This document shows positions 20,191 through 29,985 of a DNA stretch of 64,000 bases, piece after piece; positions within the stretch are counted from its first letter, which is position 1, and each line of letters opens with the position of its first letter. The notes under the pieces were generated by a model. The model ran no database searches and was not told the DNA's origin. It saw only the letters and a list, made by a program, of their open reading frames with translations. This DNA comes from Acinetobacter phage ZZ1. Position numbers and translations under genes: made by a program. The stretch lies in sequence record NC_018087.3; one strand, given 5' to 3'.

Positions 20191-21888
20191 TTATGACTCC
20201 ATTACAGTAAATCGACCAACTTTTTTCATTTGCAGGTGTTGGCCATAATCTTGGGGATTGTGGTCTCGATGTGAAATAATAAAAATATTTGCATCCGGCA
20301 TATTATTCAATACCGTTGTAATATTTTTTGAACCTTGTGCATCAAGGCATGAATCAAATACTTCATCCAAGAATAAACATGAAATTTTAATGCCTGAAAT
20401 CTTTTCGGCAATATCTCTCCATGTAAACATTAAAGCTAGGTCAATACGTCCTTTTTCGCCTTGTGAGAATGAAGCATACGAAAAGTCTTCTCGACCTCGT
20501 GAACGTATAGTTTCACTAAACTCTGAATTTAGCGTAAATGAATAATCGGCTTCTAACAATGAAAGATAATAGTTGATTTGTTTATTAAACAAAGGTAGGT
20601 ATTTTTCAATAATAGAACCTTTTACACCGCTATCTTTTAACATTTCAACTATTAAAGATCGACGGTGTTTTTCAACCACTAAATTGGACTTAGTTTCAAC
20701 AAATTGAGTATATTCACCTTTAAGACGATCAATACTATCTTTATTGCTAACAAATTCCTTTTTAGCTTCATCTAAAGCTGCATTAATTTTTTTAATACGA
20801 TCAACATGCTGAATGGCCAATTGTCTATTAGTCGCAATTTTATTTTCATATTGACGAATTTCTTCTTTAGCATTTAAATATGCAACTTTACGATTATGCA
20901 CTTCAGTATGAACTTTTTTAAGACGTTCAAGTTCTGCATGCAATGAATCTTTAGAGTCTTCAATTTTACTAACTAAAGAAGCATCAGAAAGTTGTTGTAA
21001 ACATGTTGGGCAAGCACCACCTTTCTGATAAAGTGATAATACACGGACCGTTTGATTAAACTCACCTTCAATCTGCACTACGGCTCGATGTGAGTTATGA
21101 CTTTCTTCTGACGGGTCTTCGCCAGCATTTACAGAAAGAATTTTATCATTTAAAGACTGATTTTCAGCTTTGATCTTTTCAATTTCTGTCATTGCATCAG
21201 ATTTCATCGTCTCTAGGCGAGTTAAGTTGTCACCAGACAGCTTTTTCTGACGATCATCTGCTTCCTGAAGAGTTTTAATTTGTGTATTGATATGACCAAG
21301 TTGAAGCTCGATTTTTGACAATTCCGCATTGATTACTTTGATAGCATCTTTGTTCATCTTATCCATATCTGCTAGAACTGATACTTCCAATAAGTCTTCA
21401 ACAAGTTTACGGCGTTCTGCAGCTTTTAATCCCATAAATGGTGTATAACCGGCTGTACCTAAAACTACAACTTGTTTATATGAGACATAATTCATGCCGA
21501 TCATTTCTTCAAATTCAGTTTGGAAATCTTTGACCGATGCTGCAGCATCAAGAGGTAAGCCATCTTTTAACACTTCAAATACAGTCGGTTTTTGACCACG
21601 GCGTACAAGATACTCATGGTTATCATATTCCATAATTAATTCTACCAACATATTCTTTTTATTAATAGAATTAATTAATTGACCTTTTTTAACATCTCGG
21701 AAAGGTCTGCCAAATAGAGCAAAGGTAATAGCTTCAAGCATAGTTGACTTGCCGCCACCATTACGACCTGTGATAAGCGTCTTATGGCAAGCATCAAGTT
21801 TAATTTCAATTGGGTCGTTTCCAACCGACATAATATTTTGATACTTGATATTTTTCAACTTAAAAATTTTCATTTCACAATATCCCAA
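20191..21888 (-). CDS. 46: recombination endonuclease subunit gp46 (Rad50/SbcC-like ATPase)
   Basis: Walker A GRNGGGKST, long coiled-coil middle, signature/D-loop near C-terminus; 565 aa (T4 560 aa); synteny. Confidence 0.85.
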   Translation of the reverse strand: MGYCEMKIFKLKNIKYQNIMSVGNDPIEIKLDACHKTLITGRNGGGKSTMLEAITFALFGRPFRDVKKGQLINSINKKNMLVELIMEYDNHEYLVRRGQKPTVFEVLKDGLPLDAAASVKDFQTEFEEMIGMNYVSYKQVVVLGTAGYTPFMGLKAAERRKLVEDLLEVSVLADMDKMNKDAIKVINAELSKIELQLGHINTQIKTLQEADDRQKKLSGDNLTRLETMKSDAMTEIEKIKAENQSLNDKILSVNAGEDPSEESHNSHRAVVQIEGEFNQTVRVLSLYQKGGACPTCLQQLSDASLVSKIEDSKDSLHAELERLKKVHTEVHNRKVAYLNAKEEIRQYENKIATNRQLAIQHVDRIKKINAALDEAKKEFVSNKDSIDRLKGEYTQFVETKSNLVVEKHRRSLIVEMLKDSGVKGSIIEKYLPLFNKQINYYLSLLEADYSFTLNSEFSETIRSRGREDFSYASFSQGEKGRIDLALMFTWRDIAEKISGIKISCLFLDEVFDSCLDAQGSKNITTVLNNMPDANIFIISHRDHNPQDYGQHLQMKKVGRFTVMES

Positions 21889-22424
21889 TCTACATTGTAA
21901 TAACCGTACTCTTGATAGTGGTACTCTCGCTTTTTCATTATCTCACGAATTTCAAAAAGCGAAATTGGTTTAAACCCAATATTTTCTAAAGATGTATTAA
22001 AGTAATTGCTATCTTTAATATTTTGGTTATGCACATGTCCGTGGATATTAAACTTTCCACGCAATTCGGCCGGATGCATCGGGGCATGAGAAAGCCAAAA
22101 CTCTTTATACTTCTTCAAAGCATATACGCTATCAAAAGTTTCGCAAAGTTCTTTCATAGACAATCTATCTGTATCATGATTGCCACAAATAAGAATTTTT
22201 TGACCAGGCCACTTAGCCACTTGACGGGCACGTTCTAGTGTAAAGACGGCATCTCCGGTAAAGTAACACACATCTCGTTTAGTTACGCGTTTATGATATT
22301 CAGATTCAACATGTTCAAAATGGTCTTGTTCATCCCGAAATTGAGTGCGATATTTTGCGATAGCATTATGACCAGCGTGCAGATCGCCTAAAAATAATAC
22401 ATTAGCCAAAGATTTTACCTCCAA
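21870..22424 (-). CDS. calcineurin-like metallophosphoesterase (184 aa)
   Basis: Motifs GDLHAGHN ... GDAVF ... GNHD ... GHVH typical of PPP/MPE phosphoesterases. It is inserted between 46 and 47, which are adjacent in T4. Confidence 0.55.
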   Translation of the reverse strand: MEVKSLANVLFLGDLHAGHNAIAKYRTQFRDEQDHFEHVESEYHKRVTKRDVCYFTGDAVFTLERARQVAKWPGQKILICGNHDTDRLSMKELCETFDSVYALKKYKEFWLSHAPMHPAELRGKFNIHGHVHNQNIKDSNYFNTSLENIGFKPISLFEIREIMKKREYHYQEYGYYNVDWDIVK

Positions 22425-22495
22425 TAAAAAAGCCCAAAGCTAAACTAGCTAACGGCAATAAAGCCGTTAGCCAAAAGTCTATAGGTGGAAACTTC

Positions 22496-22753
22496 TTACC
22501 ACTCATGAGGATGAACTTCCACATAATTATTATCTTCCATCGCAGCTTCAATAGAGGCTTCAACTTGGTGTGGTTTAAGGTATGCAATTCGGCCAGTGCT
22601 TGGGCATGTGATTTTTAAATCACCAACTTTCCCATATTTCATACGAACTGTATATTCAATAATAAATCGAGCAGGATATTCATCCGCTAATTTAAACATT
22701 ACATGTTTAGACTTAGGCTTTTCTTTGATCAAGATAATATTTTTTAAATTCAT
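22496..22753 (-). CDS. hypothetical protein (85 aa)
   Basis: ORF between 46 and 47. Confidence 0.3.
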   Translation of the reverse strand: MNLKNIILIKEKPKSKHVMFKLADEYPARFIIEYTVRMKYGKVGDLKITCPSTGRIAYLKPHQVEASIEAAMEDNNYVEVHPHEW

Positions 22754-23769
22754 CGCGTTGCTTCCAAATATAAGTTGGTGGTCATAGTTTTAACTTCATT
22801 AACATCTTCTGGTGTTAAATCGGGCAAGGCATCAATATAATCACCAATAATATCAATTAAAGGTTTAACTTCTTCTGTCGTACTAGTATCAATATCTAAA
22901 ACTGCATCGGTATCAATACGTGAAACTAGCTTAACTTCATGTGCAACAGCTTCTAAATCAGTTTCAAGTTTTGCTAAATTATCATCAACTTTAGTAATGA
23001 ATACCCGCACAGATAAATTACGATACATTTCAGGGTTAATTGAACATGGATATGTAATCTTACGATGCCACATTGTATTATTTGCAATAAAAGTATTTTC
23101 ATGTGTTTCGGTATCAAAAATCCAAAACCCTCGCACATCATTTTCATCGCCTGCTGTTAAAGTCCAAGGTGTTCCAATAAATCTAATATTTTTACCTTCA
23201 GATTGTGTATGAAAATGACCAGATTCAACAAGTTTATATTTGGCTAAAAAATCAGGTTCAATACCATGCGATTTAAGACCTTTATAAAATAAGAATCCAT
23301 TAAGTTCATAGTGACCAATATTGTATAAAGACTTTGAATTTGCAATAAACGTCATAATCTCATCTTTATTTTCATCACAAATCCAGGGTACCAGATCTAT
23401 TGCAACACCATCATATTCAACAGTTGTTGCTTTATTATACACTGTAAAGTTTGAAAATTGTGATAATAATTCATCACAGGCATTCGGCGTTAATTTGTTC
23501 TTAAAGGTTGCATCGTGGTTACCAACAATAACATCAACATGAATTCCAGCATTTCGAATTTCTTCACAAATTAAGCGGTTAAATTCCATAGTTTTATGAG
23601 TAATTGCTTTACGTACGTCAAACCAATCGCCAGCCTGGATCCACTTTTTAATATTAAATTTCTTTGAAATTTCAATTGCTTGTCGGATACCTTGCAATTG
23701 TATATTTTGCACCCAAGGGTCATCTTGTTTTACACCAATGTGTAAATCACCCAATTTCAGAATTTTCAT
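22750..23769 (-). CDS. 47: recombination nuclease subunit gp47 (Mre11/SbcD-like)
   Basis: MKILKLGDLHIG...GNHD phosphoesterase motifs; 339 aa as in T4 gp47; synteny. Confidence 0.85.
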   Translation of the reverse strand: MKILKLGDLHIGVKQDDPWVQNIQLQGIRQAIEISKKFNIKKWIQAGDWFDVRKAITHKTMEFNRLICEEIRNAGIHVDVIVGNHDATFKNKLTPNACDELLSQFSNFTVYNKATTVEYDGVAIDLVPWICDENKDEIMTFIANSKSLYNIGHYELNGFLFYKGLKSHGIEPDFLAKYKLVESGHFHTQSEGKNIRFIGTPWTLTAGDENDVRGFWIFDTETHENTFIANNTMWHRKITYPCSINPEMYRNLSVRVFITKVDDNLAKLETDLEAVAHEVKLVSRIDTDAVLDIDTSTTEEVKPLIDIIGDYIDALPDLTPEDVNEVKTMTTNLYLEATR

Positions 23770-23829
23770 GTCAAGACCTCGATTAAAGATAATACAATTA
23801 TATCACTTAAAATAAAAAGGCAAATAAAA

Positions 23830-23848
23830 AGGACCCTTAATGGGTCCT
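23830..23848. terminator. hairpin terminator between 47 and downstream ORF
   Basis: AGGACCC-ttaat-GGGTCCT with A/T-rich flanks. Confidence 0.5.
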
Positions 23849-23856
23849 TAAATTTA

Positions 23857-24231
23857 TCATTGTTGTTTTTGTGCAATTTTTACAATATTAAACAATGTTT
23901 GTCGACTATCATCATACATGACAATTAGTTCAGTTCTGCTTGCTTTTGGACGACGATAAAATTCACGCAACTTATTAATTGCATATCCATAACCTTCAAA
24001 GTTATCGGTTAATAGACATTTTTGTGCATGATTTTTTAATCGTTCAATTTCGCGCTTATTTTTACGTAAACTTTTTTCTGCTTGCTGACCCGCTTCACGT
24101 TCGATACGTCGTTGAATTTCATCGGTATCAAATTTATTTTCTAATAAGTCATCAATAGATAACGTTTCATCTTCATCAGTCTCTCGGCCTTCTGCTTCAA
24201 TTAATTGTTGCTCAATATTGATGGCTTGCAT
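23857..24231 (-). CDS. hypothetical acidic protein (124 aa)
   Basis: ORF between 47 and 55 (where T4 carries agt). Confidence 0.3.
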   Translation of the reverse strand: MQAINIEQQLIEAEGRETDEDETLSIDDLLENKFDTDEIQRRIEREAGQQAEKSLRKNKREIERLKNHAQKCLLTDNFEGYGYAINKLREFYRRPKASRTELIVMYDDSRQTLFNIVKIAQKQQ

Positions 24232-24370
24232 AATTTATTCCTTAACAGTTAAAGATAATCCTGAATCATGAACATTAAAAGAGTAGTCCCAGTCAGGATT
24301 GAATTCAAAAAGTATATTAATATCATCTTTTGCGCACGAGTCGCAATCTTCATTTAATAAATGAGTTATA

Positions 24371-24916
24371 TCAAGTGTCCGTTCTGCCATAAAGAAATTC
24401 TAGAACATTCACATCCTCATCTGCTTCCGTATCTTTAGGTTTTGCTTTTGCGGATGCTTCGTATTGTGTCATTTTATCGTAAATGTCCTGGATAAAATTT
24501 TCATCTGCAATAGATGTCATTTCAGGATCACGAGAATCATACACGTTATGGATGAAATAACTATATTTTACAGCCGTTTGTTTTCGTTCTTTTTTAATAC
24601 GTTGAACGAAGGCATTAAAACAAACCATTGTAATATATGCATGTGGATTACTAAAACGATTGGTATCAAAATTAATTAAGCCTTTAATTGCAGCTTCGAT
24701 GCCGTCACCAATCATTTCCTCCTTCCACGCAGGAGTATATCCGGAAAACTTAAAATACTTTGATAAACCGTGTGAAATTAATAGTATAGCTCGACCAATT
24801 TCATCACTCTGTTTTACAACTTCACCAGCTTCTTCGCATTTCGCTTTCCACGTACAAATAGCTTCATAAAGTTTCTTGTTGTCGACATAATCATTGCGAC
24901 CTTCTGATTTAGACAT
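24371..24916 (-). CDS. 55: late-transcription sigma factor gp55
   Basis: Synteny and size (181 aa vs T4 185 aa). Confidence 0.65.
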   Translation of the reverse strand: MSKSEGRNDYVDNKKLYEAICTWKAKCEEAGEVVKQSDEIGRAILLISHGLSKYFKFSGYTPAWKEEMIGDGIEAAIKGLINFDTNRFSNPHAYITMVCFNAFVQRIKKERKQTAVKYSYFIHNVYDSRDPEMTSIADENFIQDIYDKMTQYEASAKAKPKDTEADEDVNVLEFLYGRTDT

Positions 24917-24946
24917 AATATCAATCTCCTTAAAGTATATTATACT

Positions 24947-25420
24947 TTACATTTCAAATGAAGCATAAAAATATTTATTGGATATAATCTGTTGCACATA
25001 AAATATCTCGTAATTGTCTATACGCTTTAAGATAATCTTCTTGGTCAAGAGGCCCCCCGATGGATCTCCATCCGGCTTAGATGATACTCTCATACTTTCA
25101 ATATCGATTATATTATTACAAATATCAATGCTAGCTTGAAAAATACATTCACCAGACGGGGCATGTAACCATAAACAACGATTTCCAGGTTTACCAACTA
25201 AAGTAACTGAACCCAATTTGTATTGTTCAGTTACTGTTTTCTTAAAAATCCAAAACCCTTTTGTGGTCAAACGAGTACCGTATAGACCATATGAGCCATT
25301 TGGCTTGTGTGACAATTTATCTGTATAAACTTTCATATCATTCTCCGCATATAATTTCTTATTATACCACGAATAAATTTTATGCAAATAAAAAGGGCCA
25401 TATGGCCCTTTAATAATCAA
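24947..25420 (-). CDS. hypothetical protein (157 aa)
   Basis: ORF. Confidence 0.3.
   Translation of the reverse strand: MIIKGPYGPFYLHKIYSWYNKKLYAENDMKVYTDKLSHKPNGSYGLYGTRLTTKGFWIFKKTVTEQYKLGSVTLVGKPGNRCLWLHAPSGECIFQASIDICNNIIDIESMRVSSKPDGDPSGGLLTKKIILKRIDNYEIFYVQQIISNKYFYASFEM
25395..25408. terminator. palindromic hairpin terminator
   Basis: GGGCCATATGGCCC with an AAAAA/TTT context. Confidence 0.45.
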
Positions 25421-25673
25421 TTAAATCTTTAAATTCAGAAAATGTCACATAATTATTATCAATAAAAATATATGGCAATTTTAATATTCCAACTTCTATA
25501 CGTTGTTTTAATTCGTGAAGAATATCATCGTCTTTGGTAGGAACTCCATCTTTCATTACAATAATTCGATTAAACTTATATTTGTGACCAGATTCTTCGC
25601 ATATTTTTTTAACTTGTTCACATCCTGCACATCTATAATTCGGTTCATCAATTCCATATATTTCAATTTTCAT
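25410..25673 (-). CDS. glutaredoxin-like protein (NrdH-like)
   Basis: CAGC redox motif near N-terminus of an 87-aa thioredoxin-fold-sized ORF. Confidence 0.5.
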   Translation of the reverse strand: MKIEIYGIDEPNYRCAGCEQVKKICEESGHKYKFNRIIVMKDGVPTKDDDILHELKQRIEVGILKLPYIFIDNNYVTFSEFKDLIDY

Positions 25674-26155
25674 TTGGCCACACCTTTTAGATAATTACGT
25701 AATGCTTTTTTATATAATGTACATAATTGCGCTTTTGTCGCTTTGGCTGGAATAACTGCATTAATCGATTCAAGTTCGGCTATCATTTCTGGCTTGTTCA
25801 AATACTTAAATGCTTTGGCTTTATCATTAACATAAACTGGGTGTATATTGGCATTTGATAAATCTCTAAATTGATACGATAACCAATTTGTTATCCAGGT
25901 ATTTAAATCAGCACCTTTAGCGACTAAACCGCTTGAATTAAACTTGTGTAATAATTGACCATCCAATCCATTACATAAACAACACAGTAAGCCCCGTACT
26001 TTACCTGCATTTGGCCCCTCTAATGAATGATCATGGTCCAAATGATTAGAGGTAACGTCAGGATTTAATTCATTACCACAAATGCAACAAACGCCATTTT
26101 GTTCTTTATATAAACGATGTTTCTCTTCGATAAACTTTTTACCCACTAACAACAT
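25670..26155 (-). CDS. 49: endonuclease VII (Holliday junction resolvase) gp49
   Basis: Near-colinear with T4 endo VII (MLLVGKKFIEEKHRLYKEQNGVCCICGNELNPDV..NHLDHDH...GKVRGLLCCLCN; T4: MLLTGKLYKEEKQKFYDAQNGKCLICQRELNPDVQANHLDHDHELNGPKAGKVRGLLCNLCN). Confidence 0.85.
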   Translation of the reverse strand: MLLVGKKFIEEKHRLYKEQNGVCCICGNELNPDVTSNHLDHDHSLEGPNAGKVRGLLCCLCNGLDGQLLHKFNSSGLVAKGADLNTWITNWLSYQFRDLSNANIHPVYVNDKAKAFKYLNKPEMIAELESINAVIPAKATKAQLCTLYKKALRNYLKGVAK

Positions 26156-26195
26156 ACAAAAATACCCATATCAGTTGATATGGGTATTTATTAAT

Positions 26196-26468
26196 TTATT
26201 GCTGCGGGATTATACGATATGAATCATCGGCATCTAATAGACACCAATAATCTTTTAACGCATCTACTGTTGAAATATCAATAACTTCACCAGTTTCAGT
26301 ATTTTCTAATTTATCAATACCCCATATATCATCAATTAAAATCGCAATACTTTTAATTGTGTAAGGTACACCAGGTTTTAATTCAGGAAAATATTGTGAA
26401 ATTAAAACATTGTGTTCAAAATACTGTTTATTAATGAGAACTATATCACCAATTTTAGGTTTTGCCAT
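26196..26468 (-). CDS. hypothetical protein (90 aa)
   Basis: ORF. Confidence 0.3.
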   Translation of the reverse strand: MAKPKIGDIVLINKQYFEHNVLISQYFPELKPGVPYTIKSIAILIDDIWGIDKLENTETGEVIDISTVDALKDYWCLLDADDSYRIIPQQ

Positions 26469-26471
26469 TTA

Positions 26472-26786
26472 TTACTCCTTACGAATAATGAAATTTTCCG
26501 GCGTATGTTCAGTAAAGAAGGCCCAGAAATCAGGATCATCTGCTTCAATGCGGATAACCTCACCACTTTCAACATGTTTAATTGCAGTGCAACCTAGTGT
26601 TTCATCAAGCAGTTCAGTGTGTTCATCTTCAGCTAAACAGTCGCGAATATCTACAACTTCAAAAAGACCTAAACCAATAATAGGATTTTCTTTTTGAAGT
26701 CGACGGATTTCGGATAAACCTAATTCAGTGAATACAAAACGAGTACCGATTTCGAATTTTACATTGTTTAAGTATGAAGTAGTCAT
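26472..26786 (-). CDS. hypothetical protein (104 aa)
   Basis: ORF. Confidence 0.3.
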   Translation of the reverse strand: MTTSYLNNVKFEIGTRFVFTELGLSEIRRLQKENPIIGLGLFEVVDIRDCLAEDEHTELLDETLGCTAIKHVESGEVIRIEADDPDFWAFFTEHTPENFIIRKE

Positions 26787-26819
26787 GTCATGATCCTAAT
26801 TTATTCAATTAATTAAAAA

Positions 26820-27098
26820 TTACTTACGAGCGATATGTGCACGGAGTTCATTGAATCCACCAATATGTTCACCATCGGCAAATACAACAGGAAGACTTAA
26901 ACCTGCAGGTCCAGTACGACCTAATTTTGCTAACATACCATGAAATTGCGCATTAAAAACTGGACCATGTTCATTTACTGAATCTGCAATTGAAATAAAT
27001 TCAAATTCTTTTTTCTTTGCTGTGCAAAGACGCTTAGCGCTGTCGCAATTAATACACTTTTGAATTTCAGGTAGATACCCATAAATTTGATACATCAT
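26820..27098 (-). CDS. nrdC: thioredoxin/glutaredoxin NrdC
   Basis: MMYQIYGYLPEIQKCINCDSAKRLCTAKKKEFEFISI...LSLPVVFADGEHIGGFNELRAHI closely parallels T4 NrdC (MFKVYGYDSNIHKCVYCDNAKRLLTVKKQPFEFINI...LTMPQVFAPDGSHIGGFDQLREYF). Confidence 0.8.
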   Translation of the reverse strand: MMYQIYGYLPEIQKCINCDSAKRLCTAKKKEFEFISIADSVNEHGPVFNAQFHGMLAKLGRTGPAGLSLPVVFADGEHIGGFNELRAHIARK

Positions 27099-27158
27099 TA
27101 TGTTCCATTGTTAAGTTGATGTAAACTATATTATCATAATTTACATCAAAGCAAATAA

Positions 27159-28319
27159 TTATTTACTATTAGGACGTCGTAAAATAGACAAAGCTGATTC
27201 AAGTGCTTGAATATCACCCAAAAGAAGTGTTGCCCTTGAATTTGCTTCTTTTGCTTTTTCCACATAGTCTTTATGCGATCGCATTAAAGAATCATGTTTT
27301 GATTTCATATCTTTAATACGTTCTTCAAGTTGGTCATCCAACGACTTGAGCAAGTCAAGAGGTGATCGAGCCTCAATTGTACTAGTAGTGATACGGCCTG
27401 CACTAGGCTGTACTAATGGTTGAACAATATTTGGACTAATTCTATCGTATGGATTTTTAAAAATATCGATACCTGTACCTAATGGTGGAATAGTTACATT
27501 TGATACAATCATATCATTTACCTTGGATGACGATTTAAAAATAACATCTAAATAATTTTCACCTACTGCAGTAGCAGATAAATTTGGGCACATATTTAAA
27601 AATATTAACCAACGGCGTTGATATTCTGTCGATCGATGTTGTACAGTACGATAATCATGTGATCGAAATGCAGAACGATTTGAATCACATGAATAAACAA
27701 AACGCAATCTTACGCCACTAAGTTGTTTTTCAATATAAATTTTCATGTCATATGATGCACGAATACATCGGCCTGACGAACTTTTTGAAATATAATGTGC
27801 GCCTTCTACATCACGAGAATTTGCTCGAGACCAACGTGCTTCCATTGGTACAAGTCGCGGCATATTTTCTAAGAACAAATCATTTAAAATATCACTTGAA
27901 TTTGCATCAGTAGACCACCAATGTGTATGAGCTAAACCATTTAAAATAATAGATTTTTGCTTAGCTAAAGGTGTAACATTTTTAGCAAATGCATTTAAAC
28001 GAGCACGTACTACTTTATCTGCGAACCATCGAGAACGAATAATACGCTTGGCAATAACATTAACATTGTTTAAGTGAATATCGCGTTCTAAATTAATAAC
28101 ACTTCTAATAAGACGTTCAATTTCTGGAGCAATCGGTGCAGAAGGCTCACCAAATCGAGTTATGGCATTAGTCAAATATACAATGTACTGGCTTTTAACA
28201 GTATGTGATAACGGAGTATAACTTTTTGCATCTCGTTTGATAGGTCCATTTAATTGAGTGATAACATCTTTAATAATAGTTGTAAGTTTGTTCTCAAGCT
28301 CTTTACGTATGTGTAGCAT
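27159..28319 (-). CDS. hypothetical protein (386 aa)
   Basis: Large ORF; no recognisable motif. Confidence 0.4.
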   Translation of the reverse strand: MLHIRKELENKLTTIIKDVITQLNGPIKRDAKSYTPLSHTVKSQYIVYLTNAITRFGEPSAPIAPEIERLIRSVINLERDIHLNNVNVIAKRIIRSRWFADKVVRARLNAFAKNVTPLAKQKSIILNGLAHTHWWSTDANSSDILNDLFLENMPRLVPMEARWSRANSRDVEGAHYISKSSSGRCIRASYDMKIYIEKQLSGVRLRFVYSCDSNRSAFRSHDYRTVQHRSTEYQRRWLIFLNMCPNLSATAVGENYLDVIFKSSSKVNDMIVSNVTIPPLGTGIDIFKNPYDRISPNIVQPLVQPSAGRITTSTIEARSPLDLLKSLDDQLEERIKDMKSKHDSLMRSHKDYVEKAKEANSRATLLLGDIQALESALSILRRPNSK

Positions 28320-28481
28320 TTTTAAATCCTCAAAACAATTATTTCCGTCCTACGGACGAGGGGCGAAGCCCCTATATCTATCCCGGCTTAAAGAGACAAA
28401 CCAATGGGCCAACCTTCGGTTTTATTATACACGCTTTTTAATGGAAAGCGACTTAATATCAACTTTCCATTAATTGTTTGT

Positions 28482-29195
28482 TTACTTTTCAGTCAAATCT
28501 ATAAGAATTGACGCACCTGCAGCTACTGCAACATCAATATTAGCAAAACGTGTGTCATGCCATTCATTTTTTGCCGAGTTCCATACTAATAAAATATTTT
28601 TAATACGACACTGGCGGTATTGATAAACTGTACGTTGATGCCATGACCCTCTGGTTGGCCACTGCAACACATATTCAACTTTATTATGATTGTCTTTAAA
28701 TTTTTGCCAATCCCAATATTCTGGTTTTTTGAATAAAACAGTTTTAGATGATTTTGGTCGACTTTCAATTGATATAATTGTATGAATACCGAATTCACCG
28801 TATGGCACATTATCTGCAATACATTCATAAATCGTATCACGAATTTCTTCTAAGATATCGTCACCGTATTCTTCATACGCTTCATCACTTTCAAGATCGA
28901 TGCCATATAAAGCCAAAGCCGTCCAACGTACTGTTTTATATGCTTCATCGCGATCATCATATTCATCACGACCCCAATTGTGTAATGTATCTACTTTAGG
29001 CATTTGCAATGCAACAATAAGAGCGGCCATAAATTCTTCAAAAGTTTTATCTACAACTCCTGGTACATTAGCAAAAGAATATTCGCTGGCTTTGATAAAA
29101 ACTTCAGTATCTCCAGGAGTATAATCAATAGTTGTATTGATATAATCCGCGTCGTTTGTATCGCCTGTGATTAGATATTCATGTGTATGTTTCAT
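28482..29195 (-). CDS. hypothetical protein (237 aa), paralogue of 29986..30867
   Basis: Shares C-terminal motif W.D..FA.IDVA.AA with ORF 29986..30867. Confidence 0.4.
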   Translation of the reverse strand: MKHTHEYLITGDTNDADYINTTIDYTPGDTEVFIKASEYSFANVPGVVDKTFEEFMAALIVALQMPKVDTLHNWGRDEYDDRDEAYKTVRWTALALYGIDLESDEAYEEYGDDILEEIRDTIYECIADNVPYGEFGIHTIISIESRPKSSKTVLFKKPEYWDWQKFKDNHNKVEYVLQWPTRGSWHQRTVYQYRQCRIKNILLVWNSAKNEWHDTRFANIDVAVAAGASILIDLTEK

Positions 29196-29482
29196 TTGTA
29201 AAAGTCCTGTGCTAATGATAAAATTGCTTTTCGCATACGACGATTTTTCTTAATCATCTTTTTATGCCATTTCATATAACGCTTGTGTAATGCAAGTAAA
29301 GGTTCTGCATCTTCAGGTGCATCAAAAACCTGGAGTATAGTATGCTTCATATATCGTCTTGGCACTTTAGATGAAGTTTCTACCATCACCATTGCACCTT
29401 CATCCGCAATAACTTTAAATGTATGATCGATAATAACTTCAGTGTCATATTTGACAATTATATATTTGCCAACTAAGCTCAT
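29192..29482 (-). CDS. hypothetical basic protein (96 aa)
   Basis: ORF. Confidence 0.3.
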   Translation of the reverse strand: MSLVGKYIIVKYDTEVIIDHTFKVIADEGAMVMVETSSKVPRRYMKHTILQVFDAPEDAEPLLALHKRYMKWHKKMIKKNRRMRKAILSLAQDFYK

Positions 29483-29985
29483 TTTGGATCAACTCCATAA
29501 AATTTATTACAAAACTCCATTAAATTATCACGAGATTCAAAGGCCTCATCTGTAATAGAATCTAACATTTTACTACGAGCTTCTGGGTCCATAGTGCGTA
29601 ATGGTGATAACAATTCAGACAGTTTGCGAGCTGAACGTCGAGCAATTTGTTGCTTTGCTTCATGTTCATACCATTTTTTGATTTCATCTATTTCTGCTTC
29701 TTCAACAATAAAATCTGGTACCATTAACCCTACACTCATATGCGAGTCTTGTGTATAACGAGTTTCTCCTTTCTTTTTATAGCCAAATACGTAACGATAT
29801 TTGCCATCAAGAATACTAATTGATGCATAATCATCCATTTGGCCATCTAATTTATATCGAAGTTGAAGATCATTTATGCGACCAAAGGTAAATTCTTTGA
29901 ATACATCAGTTAAGAATGTTGTACGCTTCTTTAAAAAATTAATGTGTTCTTGAAACTGCTTGGCAGAATATTGTTGACGACTCAT
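29479..29985 (-). CDS. hypothetical protein (168 aa)
   Basis: ORF. Confidence 0.35.
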   Translation of the reverse strand: MSRQQYSAKQFQEHINFLKKRTTFLTDVFKEFTFGRINDLQLRYKLDGQMDDYASISILDGKYRYVFGYKKKGETRYTQDSHMSVGLMVPDFIVEEAEIDEIKKWYEHEAKQQIARRSARKLSELLSPLRTMDPEARSKMLDSITDEAFESRDNLMEFCNKFYGVDPK

